Positions 1 to 13,619 are shown, counted from the first letter of the stretch. The stretch is DNA of 64,000 nucleotides from Geosiphon pyriformis uo1 (GCA_016748015.1 JAAOMT010000200.1:308984-372983); one strand, 5' to 3'. A program made the numbers and translations. The notes: a model not told the origin generated them from the sequence alone.

Positions 1-624
1 AGAATTGAGAAATCTCAAATATGTATATATAATAGTAGTGTTAAAAGCAAAAAAGACAGAATCAACACCAAGCATCTTTAGCTTAGTTACCACAATCCTT
101 AAATAAATAATTATTCACTATATCAAATTTATTCTTTACTATCAACACTTCATATTGATAATAACTAATACTTAACCATACTGAAACAATAACTCTTGAT
201 CATGGCTATTGATGGAATACTAACTTGCAAATTGCCTTGGCTTATTTCTTTATATTTCTTTATTTTCTTTATTTTTTTGTGATTTTGTTATTGTGCACTA
301 ACCAATTGATTAAAAGTGCTGATTACTGACGTCAAGGATTGCCTGGTAAAAGACCCCTACGAGTGGATAGAACATGTACAGGAAATACGGATTACTTACC
401 AGAGGATTGCCAACCACTAAGCCAAGAAAAGAATTGACAAACTTGCGAGTCTGGAAAGCTACAGATAAAACAACTATTGAATCTCTGTCTATTATACAAA
501 GAACTCATTTGGAAAACCTTCAGATACCAACTCCTTAAAGATATTATTAACAACATAAACAGCTTTGAGCACCAAATTATGAGTTTGATATTGGACCTGA
601 GACCCCAAATAAACAATTGTAATA
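1..624 (+). mobile_element. Partial Gypsy LTR (family A lineage, diverged), inserted in LINE copy A ORF2; 5' part outside the window
   Basis: Shares ordered motifs with LTRs 30208-31208 and 60632-61725: CAATA.CTCTTGATCA..GCTATTG, a T-tract, GCCTGGTAAAAGA, CTTACCAGA, CAAAGAACTCA, ACCTTCAGA, GAGCACCAAA. Ends TGTAATA (decayed TAACA). LINE ORF2 resumes at once with c-cat-atg-att (HMIKSIL, cf. HTIRSVL in copy B). Confidence 0.75.
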
Positions 625-3600
625 CCATATGATTAAAAGTATTTTAGATAAACCCTTTTGCAAAGTGGTTTTTGATTATTTGATAGTTGATGATAAGCTG
701 GTTTTGGATCCTGTTGAAGTTAAATCTAAAGTTGATATAATAATGGAAGGGTGGACTAGGAAGCATTTAATGTCTGCACTTTTATCTGCTTCTTGAATTT
801 GTCAGTATGCTTCTTTACAACATGTGAATAATAGCACTTTTTCTGATATTATAGATGTTATTGGTTTTGATGAGTTGTTTCAAGTTGTCAAACATTTGTT
901 AGATGAGAAAACCACTGGCCTTAGTAGTATTCTTAACAAATTGTGGAAGCATTGTGGTAATGCCATTCTTAAAAGTTTGTTGAGTCTTTTAAATTTGTAT
1001 TTAAGATTAGGTACAGTTCCAGTTTTGTGGAAGAAAGCATGAATTTCAATAATACCCAAGCCTTACAATTGGGATAGTGTTTTAATAAACACTTATTCTA
1101 TTGCTCTAGTGGAGACTGCTCGCAAGATTCTCTCTAAGATCTTTTTAAATTGGATTTCTCTTACTTGCAGCAAGTTTGGAGTTTTATGTAGGAATAATTT
1201 TTTTATACTTAAAGACACTTCAATGCAGACTCCTATTTTTGCTGTTGGCTTAATGGTTGAAGATGCTTTGGAGAAGGGTAGAGAGATTTGGTTGGTTTTA
1301 TAGGACATGTACAAAGCATATGACTCAGTTGGCTGGCACCATTTGAAAACTAGTTTGTGGTGCATCAAAATGTGTAATAGGTTTATCAAGTTTTTTGGTG
1401 GAATTCACAATGGAAGAGTGAACTGTGTTATAACTGATTTTGGCCTTTCAGATGGCTACTGGGTTTTTAATGGTCTTGATTAAGGTAAGATGTTGTCCTC
1501 TCTTCTTTGGTGGATCTTCTATGACTTTCTGTTGTGTGAAGTTAAGAGACAAGAGAGTGTGTGTGGTTACTGGATTGATACCAAGTTTGTGGCCAAAACA
1601 GGCAGGATAAGCAACATAAGTGAAATGACCTCCTTTTTTACAGTTAGGGCTTTTGTTGACAATACTATTTGGGTTGGGAGTAACCAGGCTGCTCTGCAGT
1701 TTATACTTGACATTGCTAGTAATTTTTACTTAATCAATAATATTTCAATTAATAATGATAAGACAATAGCTATTCCTATCAACCAGAGAGTTAAAGATGT
1801 TGTACTTAAGATCAGTGGATCACTTATTTCGATTGCCAAACATGGTGTACCTCATAGATACTTAGGTATTTTTTTGTCTACTAGTCATTTGTCCAAACCC
1901 AGTTTAGCTAAAGTGCAGTCTGACATTAAGTTTTTTTCTAATATGGTGTTACAGAAGGCTATTTTTAACAAACAGTTCTTATATTTGGTTTCAGCTGTTT
2001 TCCAGCCTATTGTTGATTATCATACTCAATTTAGTTTTGTCTCTTCTGCTGTTTGTTATTATTGGGATGCTCTGGTTAAGAAAAGTTTTAAATCTAAGGC
2101 TGGTTTGTCCTGGGATTTCCCTAATGAGGTGCTTTATTACTTTTCACTATATGGTTTCAAGACATTTGATCAGATTTAAGCCAAAGAGAAGTCTGCTTTG
2201 GTTATTGTTTTTTCTAATTCATCTGGAATTGTTGGCCAGCTTTTTGATCACTGTTTCTTAGATTTGCAAGTTTTGGATTGGGCCTTTCTGAATCTCTTAC
2301 AGCATCTAATAAAACTGCGTGTTAATCCTTCTAACAATTTTTTGGTAGAAATGGTGCACATGTTTTTGGTCAACAATATTTCTATGGAGAACAATTTGCC
2401 TTGTGCTTTTTTTGGTTCTGGCAAGTATTCTGTTTCAAGTGTCTTGGAACCCTTTTTATACTATGATTGAATTTATTCTTTAAAAAAATTTGGTGTGGCT
2501 TTCTGTAATAGATTTTTGGACAAACATGGCAGGATTCTGGATTGGCAAACATTCTGACATTGGAAAAGACTTGATTTTAGGGGACCTGTGCTTTCTTGGT
2601 TTGTCTTGGTATTAAAGTTTTTGCATGATGTAATTGTTATGTCAATGTTTTTTAGTAGAAACACTGTTTTGGATGCTGGTAATATTTTGCTTTTAGGTCA
2701 ATTTTTTAATGTGAAAGATGATTTGCTTGAGGTGTGGTCAAATTTCATATCTGTTTTTACAGATGGCTCTTTAAAAGGGCTTGGTTCTGTTGATGTGGCT
2801 AGAGACACTGCAGCATTTTTTTCTGAAATTGAGTTGGGCATTGGGATTAGGATTGTAAGTCTCTTATCTTTGACAATGGCTAAATTGCAAGCTGTTGCTC
2901 TAGCACTAGAATGTGTTCCTTCTTTTTGTTCAGTAAAGATGAACTTAAACAGCCAAGCTGCTTTAGATGCATGTGTTTCAGAGTTGAAAATAGGCAGTTC
3001 TGATTTTCATAATTGCTGTTGGATGGAGAAAAGACATATTGCAAATTTGGTTAAATGTAAAAACATCTCTGTGACCTGGTTAAAGGTCAAAAAACACTCT
3101 GGTGTGCTGGGTAATGTTTGTGCAGATGAGTTGGCAAGTGTTTCTGCTCACTCATCTTTGATGCTGCTGATTAATGTGCATGAACGTTTTTTGGTGGCCA
3201 ATAATATGCCTATATCTGGCAATATTCAACACTTTATCTGAGATGTTTTTAGATCTGTGAATTATGCATGCTGGAAAGCTGGTCTTGGTTCTAAGGTTCT
3301 GGGTGGTTTTTCAGTTCATAATATTGATTTGTAGCCATTTGGCATTTGAATTTGGGTATGCTATCTGGATCTATGAGTAGAACTTCAGCTGGTTTGCACT
3401 CCTATTTTATGAAGGCTGTATACAGTAAACTGCTTATTGCAGTTAGAAAAAGACTTTATAATAAGAGTTATCCTGGTATTTTGTGTTTGCATTGTGGTAA
3501 AGTTGAATTTTTTGATTATGTGTTTACTTACAGCAAAAAATTTGTCTCTTATAAAAAAATTTTGTTTGAGTATGTGTTGGTTTGAAGGTCCTTGGCTGGT

Positions 3601-4161
3601 TTTTGTCTCTCAGCTCCTTCTGTGGTCTTGAACTTTCTTTTTTTATGTGTTTAATATCGGCTTATATGCTCTGTTTTGCAAGAGCTTTGTACTTGTAGGG
3701 TAGTTTAAAGAAGCTGTGCAGATATTTGGAGATTGCAAAGAAGCTGCTCAAGTTCTTATTGATTTTACACAGAACATGTGTGTGTATTACTGCTCTGAAT
3801 TGTAGGGGTTTAGGTTCCAGTTTAGAGCTAACATGAAAAGAGATAATTTAATTAGTGATTTAAGAGTGTTGTCAACTTTATCTGGTGGCTCAACATGAGT
3901 TTTGTTAAACAGTATAATTAGGTTAATTGGTATTGATGATTTTTTTGAAGTCAGTTTTGGTTTCCATAAGTCTTATTTGTTTTTTTCAGGTTTGAACAAT
4001 ATGGCCACTATTCATATAAGTGTGTAGTATTGCTTTAATTGGTCCGAATAATTAGTCACATGTAGTAAACATGTGAATTGCATCTAACTAGAGTCTATTG
4101 TCTTGACTCTATATACTAAATAGTCATTAGACTGTACTTATTAAGCTGTTAATAAAAAAAA
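625..4161 (+). mobile_element. LINE copy A, 3' half (RT-RNase H-zinc finger, 3'UTR, A-tail), degenerate and of a divergent subfamily
   Basis: ORF fragments KAYDSV, AFVDNTIW, YLGI, VFTDGS, KVKKHSG..GN..AD, CLHC..VEFFDY; many stops; ORF2 stop at 4025-4027; family 3'UTR; A-rich tail near 4154-4161. Confidence 0.92.
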
Positions 4162-4778
4162 TAAAAATATAATAAATAAATTTGTTTTTAGTTTTAATAC
4201 AATTTTCTAAAATTTCAAGATTTATTCTATAATAATTATAAAAACTCGATTATATAAGAAATTTTTTGTTTTAATTATTATTATTTTGTTATTTTTGTTG
4301 TTTATTTTCAGTAGTGTTTTGGATTTTGTAAATTATATTTTATAAAAAACATAAAATATTATAGGTATTTTTTTAGAATAAATAATTTTAAAAGTTTAGT
4401 CTATTTAAAAATTTATTAATTAAATTTTTTGTATAAAATACTAAAATTTATTAAACTTATATTGTTTTAAATAATTATATGTTTAATTATTTTTAAAAAG
4501 ATTATTTTAGTATTTAATTATTTTTTTAATAAATTATTTAATTACAATAAATTAATTTTATATTTATATATATTTTTTATCAAATTATGTATAATATTAT
4601 ATTTATTATTTTTTTACTAATTTAATTTACAATAAAACAAACCAAAAAAAAAAACTTTTTCTTTTGTTGATCTCCTGACTACAATGAAAGCTTGGAATTG
4701 TCGAAGAAATAATCTTTCTTACCCTTTTTTCCCCTTGTCTCTTTCATTATTTCTTCAAATGTACCTTTATTTGTGCCT

Positions 4779-6716
4779 ATGAATCCAGTGGGCTCTTCTG
4801 CTGGCACTTCGAGTTTGAGTTCAGCTAGGTTGAGGTCCCGGTTTGGCAGCAAAAAAATTAAAGTGTGCGTTGAGAGTGTATATTCGCGTAATTTTTCATA
4901 CAAAAAAACAAAGTTGCCTGGTGTCTCTGGTGGCATTGTGGACTTGTCGGATGGCCTGCTCTCAATGGGTATGCTCTATGGTGATGGTGTTGGGCTGCAG
5001 AGATCTTGGGGAAGTAAGATAGATAGTGAGAAAATAGGTGTTAGTAAAGTGTCAGATGCCAAGAATTTGAAAAGCACAGTTGCTGAGGAGACAAATTATA
5101 TGAACCCCAACGCTTCTGAGACTAATAAAATGGAAGACAATGTAATTTTTAGGAAAACACAAATAAGAATCCTCATTCTGGGACAGCCGCCAAAGACAAT
5201 TTTCTTTACTAGTATAAGTGACAATAATACTGAGTTGGTGCTTTCTGGAGCTAAATTTGCTGGGGCCAATCAGCTGCCACCTGTGATTTCACATGTTTTG
5301 GAACGTTGCGTCTTTAAACCAATTAAATTGTTTGCCTTGAATGTAGAGTTGTCAAATGTGCCTGGAAAAACTATTAGTGATAAGTTGATTTCAATTAAGA
5401 AAATTTTTTATCATATTGATGGCTTTGGGGATGCTTCAACTTCCTCAAAATTTCCTAAAATCATAAGATCAACCTTCACAAATGAATCTAGTTTGAATAA
5501 GACCAAATTAATGGCAATCAATGAGAAAGTTGTTGTCAATACTAATCTCAAAAAAGTAAACAACCATACAAATTGGGAAATAATCATCAAGGAAATTCCA
5601 GTTGATTTTCCCAAATTAGCAATAAAAGCTGTGTTTTCCAAGTTTAGTACAATCAAATCAGTCAGAATGCAGTTAATTGGTCTTTGGCAAAAGGCTCTAG
5701 TAGAGTTTGAGTTAGCTGAAGTTGCCAACCAGGTTGCTTCCAAGTGGTCTGTTCTGATGGAAAAAGATTCTGTGCATGTGGCTTTGGCTGTAGAGGATAA
5801 ACAAATGTGGGTATTGAGGGATCAACATCGGGCGTTGTTGTATATCTTATCTGTTGGCACTACAGCTTATGATCTATATGGTTTACTTGAGTCATATGGT
5901 GAAAAGATTTGTTTTATTGGCCATAATCCTTCCTTGTATGTTCGTGATCAGTGTGCTGTAATCTGTTTTGAGAATGAGGCATCCAAGTTGGCTGCTGTTG
6001 GTTCAATTCCAGTTTTTAAGGATGTAAATTTGCACTGGACTGGTCTTTGCTTGGCATATTGTACACAATGTACACAATTTAGTTATATTACTGCCAACTG
6101 CTCTGTGGGTGGGAGTTCTGGAGTTCATGGGAGATGAGTGGTTTTTGATCAGGATTGTGTTCATCTGACTGTAATTTATAAAAAGAAATCAGCTCCTGTT
6201 TCTCGTCCAGTCTTGTTTAGTGGAAAAACTTAGGTGTTAGTAGTTGGTGCTTCTCCTGGTGTTTCTTCTCATTGATAGATTCTTTCTTCTGGTTCCATTG
6301 ATAATAGTAAACCTTTTCCTCCTGTTGTGAATGATTTGGAAAAATAGTTGGTCAGCATTGAAAGCAGTCTTGTCAGTCTCGCGGGACAAATTGGTGAGTT
6401 GGCTAAGAGATTGGAGTCACTCATGCTGGCAGTTCCCCAGCCTAGCCCTGGATGTCAGCTGCTGGTGACTCCCCCATCACAGAATCAAGGAAAGAATATA
6501 GTGATGGGAGTGGGTTTGAGTAAGTCCACTTGTGATAAGGCTGCTGCTGCTACTGCTACTGCTACTTATACTGCGAAGGACTCTTCTGTGTTCTCTTATG
6601 TTGTCAAGTTGAAAAATATGTTAAAAAGTCTTGCTGCTTCAGTGCTAAGTTTGTCTGCTTGTTTTGACGGTTTGGCTCTAGCTGCTGGTACACTTCCACA
6701 ACTCCCTTCTCAATAA
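4779..6716 (+). pseudogene. LINE ORF1 (two RRM-like domains, CCHC knuckle, coiled coil), with premature stops
   Basis: WEIIIKEIPVDFPKLAIKAVFSKFSTIKSVRM..KALVEF is RRM-like; second RRM-like ALLYILSVGTTAYDL..CAVICF; CTQCTQFSYITANC (CxxCxxxxHxxxxC with H>Y; copy F has CKQFGHVFNVC); heptad segment IESSLVSLAGQIGELAKRLESL. Confidence 0.85.
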
Positions 6717-9700
6717 GTAAGTTTACTTGGAAGATTGCTACGTGCAATGTTAGAGAGATGAACAATTGTGTAAAACAGGCGGACATTGTATATTGGCATA
6801 ATAATATAAACAATCTGATTTCTGTTGTTACTGAAACAAAGTTGAAGGAAAAGATCCGCCTCTGGATTGTGGATAGATTTGTTGGTGTTTGTGTTTTTAC
6901 TTTAGGTCTGAATTCTGGTCACATGGGATCTGGTGTTGCAATTATTATGGACTCATTTCTGGCAAAACATGTGTGCAAGGTTCTGAAGATGCCCAGTCAG
7001 CTCCTGTTAGTAAAATTGCTTTTTAGGAACAGACTTTCTGTTTCTATTTTGGGGCTGTATGCTGGTGTCTCTTTGACAGTTTATTTTTCTCAGGCTGATG
7101 AAATTAATTTTCTCATCACTAGAGCTGTGAATGAATCCTCCTTTGTTATTCTTGGTGGTGACTTCAATGAAGACAGATTTCACAAGTGTGCCAGTTTCAA
7201 AAAGTGCTTTGATTTGGGTTTGGTCAACTCTTTAGATGGGAGCTCTCTTGCTAAGTTACCAACTTGGTGCAATTCTTGTGGTGTTGCTAAGACAATTAAT
7301 TATATGTTTTTTTCTTCTAACTTGATTAATGTAATTGTGAATTGTGGCATGTTAAATGTTGATGATTTTTTTGACACTGATCATAAGGCTGTTTCTGTTT
7401 CTGTGGGTCTGGGTGGTTTGTTGGACACAAGGCTTTTTTTGATATGTAAGCAGGCCAACAAAAATCACTGGAAGTTTGATGTCAAGGATGTGAATGAGTT
7501 GAAGTGGGCTGAGTTCAGGGATGGTACAGCTGCCAATGCCTCTATGTTCTCAGATGCATTTGTTGCAACTGGGAAATTTTCGGATTTGGATGCGATGTGG
7601 GACATTATTCACAAAATTATGATTCTTTCAGCAGGTGGAACTTTCAAGAAAAAGTGGTTCAAAAGTTTTGACAATGTTTTCAATAAGGTGTCTTCTAGGT
7701 TTTATAAGCTGGAGTTGCTGGTTTCTAAGCTGGTAAAGGCTTCCCGTTTGACTTTTGGGGGTGATTTTGCTCTGTTGTTGAATACGTGAGACAGGCTTGA
7801 CTCTGTTAGTGCTTTGTCAGTAAAGTCTCTTTTCCTTTCAGGGTCTGGTTTTGATAGTATTCGCTTTGAGCTGGCTAAGGCAAGGAAGTTTTACCACTCT
7901 TCCAAGATGCTAGAATCTAAGCATGCTGAGGAATCTCGTATAAGACAGGCCATTAAGAGTAGGATGGAGAGTTTTGAGTTGAATAAGAGTCATACTATCA
8001 GAAGTGTTTTGAAGTATCCATTTCACAAAGTAGTATTGGATCATTTGGTTGTGGATAATGAGTTGGTTTTGGAACCTGAGCTGGTTAAATCTAAAGTGGA
8101 CGGGATTATGGAGGGATGGACTAGAAAATAGTTGGTGGTTTCGGACTTCTCTGATAATTGGAAACGCCAATTTTGGCCTTTGGACTACATTTTTGATGGT
8201 GCTTTTTCTGGTGTCATAAAATTGATTAGTTTTGGTAAGATTTTCAGTGTCATTTTAAGCTTGCTTGATGGAAAAGCAGCTGGTCTTTCTGGCATCTCTA
8301 ATGAATTATGGAAGCATTGCGACAGAGTAGTTTTGGATATGCTTTTGGTGCTTTTGAATCTCTGCTTGGTTTGTGAGTCAGTGCTTAGACCTTGAAGAGA
8401 AGCCTGGGTTTCGATGATTCCTAAATCCTATGAATGAAAAGGTGTTCTCACAAACACCCATTCTATTGCTTTGATTGAAACAGCCCACAAGATCTTTTCC
8501 AAAATTTTATTGGACAGAATATCTTTGGCTTGCAGTGAGTTTGACATTTTATGAGGGGACAATTTTTCTGTTTTAAAGGGTATAACAATACAGTTGCCCA
8601 TTTTTGCTGTTGGTTCTGTGGTTGAGAATGCCTTGGAGAAAAACAGAGAGCTGTGGCTGGTTTTACAGAACATGTGCAAAGCATATGATTTGGTTGGTTG
8701 GGAACATCTTGAGAGGAGTTTGATTAGGATTAAAATGTGTAACAGGTTCATTAGATTTTTTGGTAGCATCCACAATAATCGCAGAAACAGGATGATAACA
8801 GATTTTGGCTTAACTAGTGAGTATGTGGTTCATGATAATTTGGATCAAGGTGAAGTTTTCTTGCCACTTTTCTGGTGCATATTTTATGATTTGCTTATGT
8901 GTAAGATCAAGAGACAAGGAGAGGTGTGTGGTTACAGATTGAATTTGCATTTCGTTTTCAATACTGGTCATATGGAATCTTAGGCTGAGTTGACATTGTT
9001 TTTTGCTGCTGATGCTTTTGTTGATGATATTATCTGGGTTGGTAGCAGCCAGGCTGCTACACAACACATTTTGGACATTGCTAGTGAGTTCTTCAGGATT
9101 AATGACATTTTAATTAATAATGACAAAACTGTGGCTATTCCCGTCAACTGCCAAGTTGAGACCCCTTACTTAACTGTCAGTGGCTTGCCTATTTCCATAG
9201 CCAAAAAGGGTGAACCTTATCATTATCTTGGTATTTTTTTGTTTTCTAATGGTTTTTTGGTGCCCAGCTTGGCCAAGACTCACTTGGACATCTAATTTTT
9301 TGTCAATCTTGTTCTAAAAAAGGCCATCTTGGATAAACAATTTAGTTATTTGGTTTTTGCTGTTCTGTTTCCTATTGTCAGCTATAGGACTCAGTTCAGT
9401 TTTGTTCCTATTAGTGTGTATAATAAATAGGATGCTCTGATTTGCAAAGGCTTGAAGTCTAAGTTTGGGCTGCCACTTGATTTCCTCAATGATGCACTTT
9501 ATCATCTTTTTTTGTATAGTTTGAAGACTTTTGAACCAATTCAGGCAGAAAGCAAATTGGTCTCCATCATTGCTTTTGCAAATTCAGTTGGTATTTTGGG
9601 CTGCTTATTTTCTCACAGATCCCACAACCTCCAGATTTTTAGCTAGCATCCTTGTCACCCCTTGCTGTTTCTGGTTTGTGTTAGTGTCAGTTCTTTAAAT

Positions 9701-11401
9701 AATTTCTTAGCAGGTGTGATTTGTATTTTCTCCGGATGTGATCTGTCTTTGGACAGATCTCTGGCCTGTGCTTTTTGTTGTTGGGGTGGTACTTCTATGT
9801 CTCTCATTCTTGGTGAAATCAATTTTCTAAAATGTGTCTCTTCACTTAAGCAATATGATATTGCTTTTGTGGAACAATTACGTGATCAAAATGGTGTTGT
9901 TTTTAGTTGGTAGACGTTCAAGCGTTGGAAAAGGTTGGACTCCCGTGGCCTGATTCCTTTTTGGTTTGATTTTTCTGTGTGTTTTCTTGGTGGTATTGCT
10001 TCTTTTCCTGCATGCTCCTCTTTTGTGAAAAATTCCGCTTTGTCTGATGTTTATCAATCTTATAATTTTGGTGTTATCTGTGACAATCTGTCAGCTACTG
10101 ATGCTGCCTGTCTTTCTGTGTACATGGATGGGTCTCTGAGTGATTTGGAAACTGTTGTTATGAAAGCTGGGGCTGCAGTCTTTTTTGAGAACATTAATTC
10201 TAATTTAGGTGTGGGGGTGTCTGGTTTGGTTTCTTCTACTATATCTGAATTGCAGGCCATTGCTTTGGCTCTTGAGTGTGTTCCTTTTTTTTGTGCAGTT
10301 GATTTGTTCTCAGATAGCCAAGTTGCTTTGGATGCATACAAGTCGGAATCATTATTGGCTCATCCAGACTTCAGGAATTGTTGTTAAATAGAGCATTGTC
10401 ATATTGCTAATATAGTTTGTCATAAGAATTTAACTGTGAATTGAATTAAAGTTAAGAGTCATTTGGGCATTTCAGACAATGAGCATGCAGATAAGCTTGC
10501 TAAGAATACAGCACTCTCTACTTGGCATTTGCCACATTTGGTCAGTAAATGTTTTTTGAGGGCTGGGGGCAATGTGGTTTCTGGAAATTCTAGACACTTT
10601 GTTTGTAATGTGTTTCAGTCTATTCTTTGTGTGCATTGGGAGGTTGGTTCTGGTTCCTGAGTCTTGGTGGCTGGTTTGCATGATAGTGTTAACTGGTTTA
10701 AGTCTTCTTTGGTTTGGCACTTTAATTTTCACTTGGCTGCTGGTTTTACTAGTGCACGTACTGCTGGTCTTCGGACATACTTTATAAAATCTTTCTATTA
10801 TCAGCTTCCTGTTACTGTGCATAAGCATTTGTATAATAGGTGCTACCCCAGTGTGATGTGTTTGTTCTGTAGTGATGTAGAATTCTCAGACCATGTTTTC
10901 GTTTGTCCTTTTGATGCTGCTGGTTGTGCTTGATTGTTGGATGCTTATGCGTATTTTTGAGAAACACGGTCTGGTCTCTTTTGATTTACTTTGTGTGTCT
11001 TGCAGTTGTTGGCTTCTTGTTTTTCCAATGCTACAATTAGTACTACTCTGTGTAAGAGTTTTGTTTTTGATAATTGGTACCATAAATTCTTTTTGGTTTT
11101 TAAGAATGCTAAAGTTGTGGCTTTGAATATTGTGTGTTTTGTGTGTGAGTTTTGCTTCACATTTTATGATGAATTTTGGTTGATCTGTGCCAAACACTGA
11201 GCTTTTATGGAAAGAAATAGATTTATTCCTCGTAATGGTTCCATTTCTGCCCTGGTTTTTGGTTTATCTACGGTGTTTTCAGTTGGTGTGATCAGATTGT
11301 TGGGTGTTGTTGAGGCTTTTGGTGTTGATTTTGGTTTTCATAAACCTTGTTTGTTTTTTTCAGGTATAGAGAATTTTGTCTCTATTAAGATAGATGTATA
11401 G
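6713..11401 (+). pseudogene. LINE ORF2: AP endonuclease, reverse transcriptase, RNase H, C-terminal CCHC finger; in-frame stops
   Basis: APE motifs ATCNVR, TETKL, GGDFN, TDH; RT motifs KAYD, DQGE..P, AFVDD, YLGI; RNase H motifs VYMDGS, SELQAI, FSDSQ, VKSH.G..DNEHAD; zinc finger CLFC..E..DHVFVC. Confidence 0.93.
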
Positions 11402-13438
11402 TGTTGTTTTGATCGGTCTGAGTGGCTGGTCACATGTAAAAAAAGCATGATTCGCTTCTAGTTTAGATCATTTATATGATGTATAGTTCTAGATCGTGTT
11501 TGGATTTCATTCATTAAATGTAATAAAATAAAAAAAAAACAAACCAAAATAAAAAATAAAATTTTATTAATAATTATAATTAAAAGTTATTAATTTAAAA
11601 TAATAATTAAATTATGTTTTTAATATCTATTAATAAATAAAAATAATTAATTGAATTATAATAAAATTAATTTGAATTTATATATTTTAATAAATAATTT
11701 CTATTTGGAATTAAATTAGATTTAATCAAAAATAAAAATAAATTTTAAGTTTTTAATTATTTAATTATTTAGATTTTTTTTGTTTATTAATAATTATTTA
11801 TATATACCTATTTTTTTAATAATATAAAATATTTTACTATTTTAATTATTTTTAATTATTTTAAGATATTTTTGGTTTTTTTAATTTTTTTAATTATTCT
11901 GGTATTTTTATTATATTATTTATAATGTTAAAATCTAATTGCTTAAGTAATAATAATATTATTATTGTTAATTTTTATTTAAGTAACAATATTAAGTTTA
12001 ATTATAGAAACAAATATTGAATAAAAAATAAGAATTTAATTAAAAAAAATTAAGAGTTACTTAAAAATTAAAAAAAAAAAATAGTCAATTATTTAACAGA
12101 TTAAACATTAATTTTAGATTTAACAAATAACAAATTACTAAAATTCATATTTATATTATAAATACTTTTTAAAATAAAATACAAAAAAATTTAAACATAA
12201 ATTATATTAAATATAAAAAAATAAAAGTGTTAATTTATGTTTTTAAATGCATAATTAATATTAAAATTAGAGTTAAAATTATGGTTAAAATATAAAATAT
12301 TATAAAAAAATTATAAAAAATTTGAAAATTTATAAATTTAATATTTTTAAGCACTTACATAAATTATTTATTTGTAAAAATATGAATAATTTATTAACAA
12401 AAAAAAGTATACTAAATTTTATTCAAAAGTTTTATATTAGAAATTTGATATTAAAAAGTTTTAAAAGTTTTTGAAAACAATGAATTGGCAATTGTAAAAA
12501 TAATAAAGTTTATATAGTTAATGTTAATTAAAAAATAAAAATAAAATAAATAATTAATATTTAACAAAAATAAATTAAGAACTAGAATTAGTAAATTTAA
12601 TACAAATAAATTAATTTTTTTAAAAAAAAACAATTAAATTATTTTAAAAAACAAATAAGCCGAATATATTTCATATATTTTAGCATAATATATGTAAAAT
12701 TATGAATTTATTAATAAAGATAAATATATAAATAACTTAGAATAATAATGCTTTAATATGAGTTTAAGTAACTGGTTATGTGTTAAAGATATATAATTCG
12801 CATTTATAATAATTACTTTATAATTAAAATAAACAATAAAAATAAATAAGTATTTTATATTTTAATAATACATTAATTATTTTTTACCAAATAATTATAA
12901 ATATTTTATTACATATTATAAAGTATATACAATTTATTTATATATATAAAATATGTATATTTAAATAAAATTTACATTTAATATTTATAGCTTTGACATA
13001 TATTATTATTATAAGTAAAATTTACAAATTAATAAACAAAAAAAAGTAATTAAAAACAATATAAATTCAATTAAAATAATAAAAAGTAAATTAATATGTA
13101 AAAAATTCAATTAATAATTAATCTTATAATCACAATTATTAAATTTTTTTTAAAACTTTGAAAATACAAAAATAAAATTTTAATTATTAATAAAAAAATA
13201 ATATAACTTTTATAATTTTATTTTTTAGTTAATGTATTTTAGAATTTAATAACAAATAGTAATTATTTTAACAGTTATTTATTTAATGAATTATAAAACC
13301 AAATTTGTTATTTTTCAAGATAATTTTAATAATTCAATTTAAGAAAAAATAAAAGAAAAAGGTTAATATTTTTTGAAAATATGAAAATATTCAATAATTA
13401 TAATTTTGCTTATATAGTTAATAAAAAGAATGAATAAA

Positions 13439-13510
13439 TGACCAAGTCAATAATCAGATCACTGACTAGGTCAACAACTGGGTTATTGATCAAGTTAATA
13501 ACTAAGTCTA
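13439..13510. repeat. Six tandem degenerate 12-bp near-palindromic units, consensus TGACYRRGTCAA
   Basis: tgaccaagtcaa taatcagatcac tgactaggtcaa caactgggttat tgatcaagttaa taactaagtcta, in exact 12-bp phase. Confidence 0.75.
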
Positions 13511-13619
13511 AAAATTAGGTTGTTTTTATATAACATTATTGGCTAATACAATAATTAAGATTATTAAAAATAATTATAATGAAAAGAAAGATTTTTAAAC
13601 TGGAATACTATTTAATCAT

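Larger units (their letters stand above)
4648..11535 (+). mobile_element. LINE copy B, full length (~6.9 kb), non-functional
   Basis: 5'UTR, ORF1, ORF2, 3'UTR and A-tail present; flanked by TSD AAAACAAACCAAAA at 4634-4647 and 11536-11549. Confidence 0.95.

Noticed and set aside
392-628. Antisense and alternate-frame ORFs within LTRs, LINEs and gag
   Set aside because: They are shadow frames of TE sequence with no independent motif or conservation between copies.
11415-11430. CTGAGTG in the LINE 3'UTR as a hammerhead ribozyme core
   Set aside because: It lacks CUGANGA plus GAAA and the three-helix junction, and is not conserved in all copies.
11550-13430. AT desert (also 4165-4630 and 22000-23930) as a ghost DNA transposase
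   Set aside because: Probably TE-derived, but no motif could be decoded with confidence.
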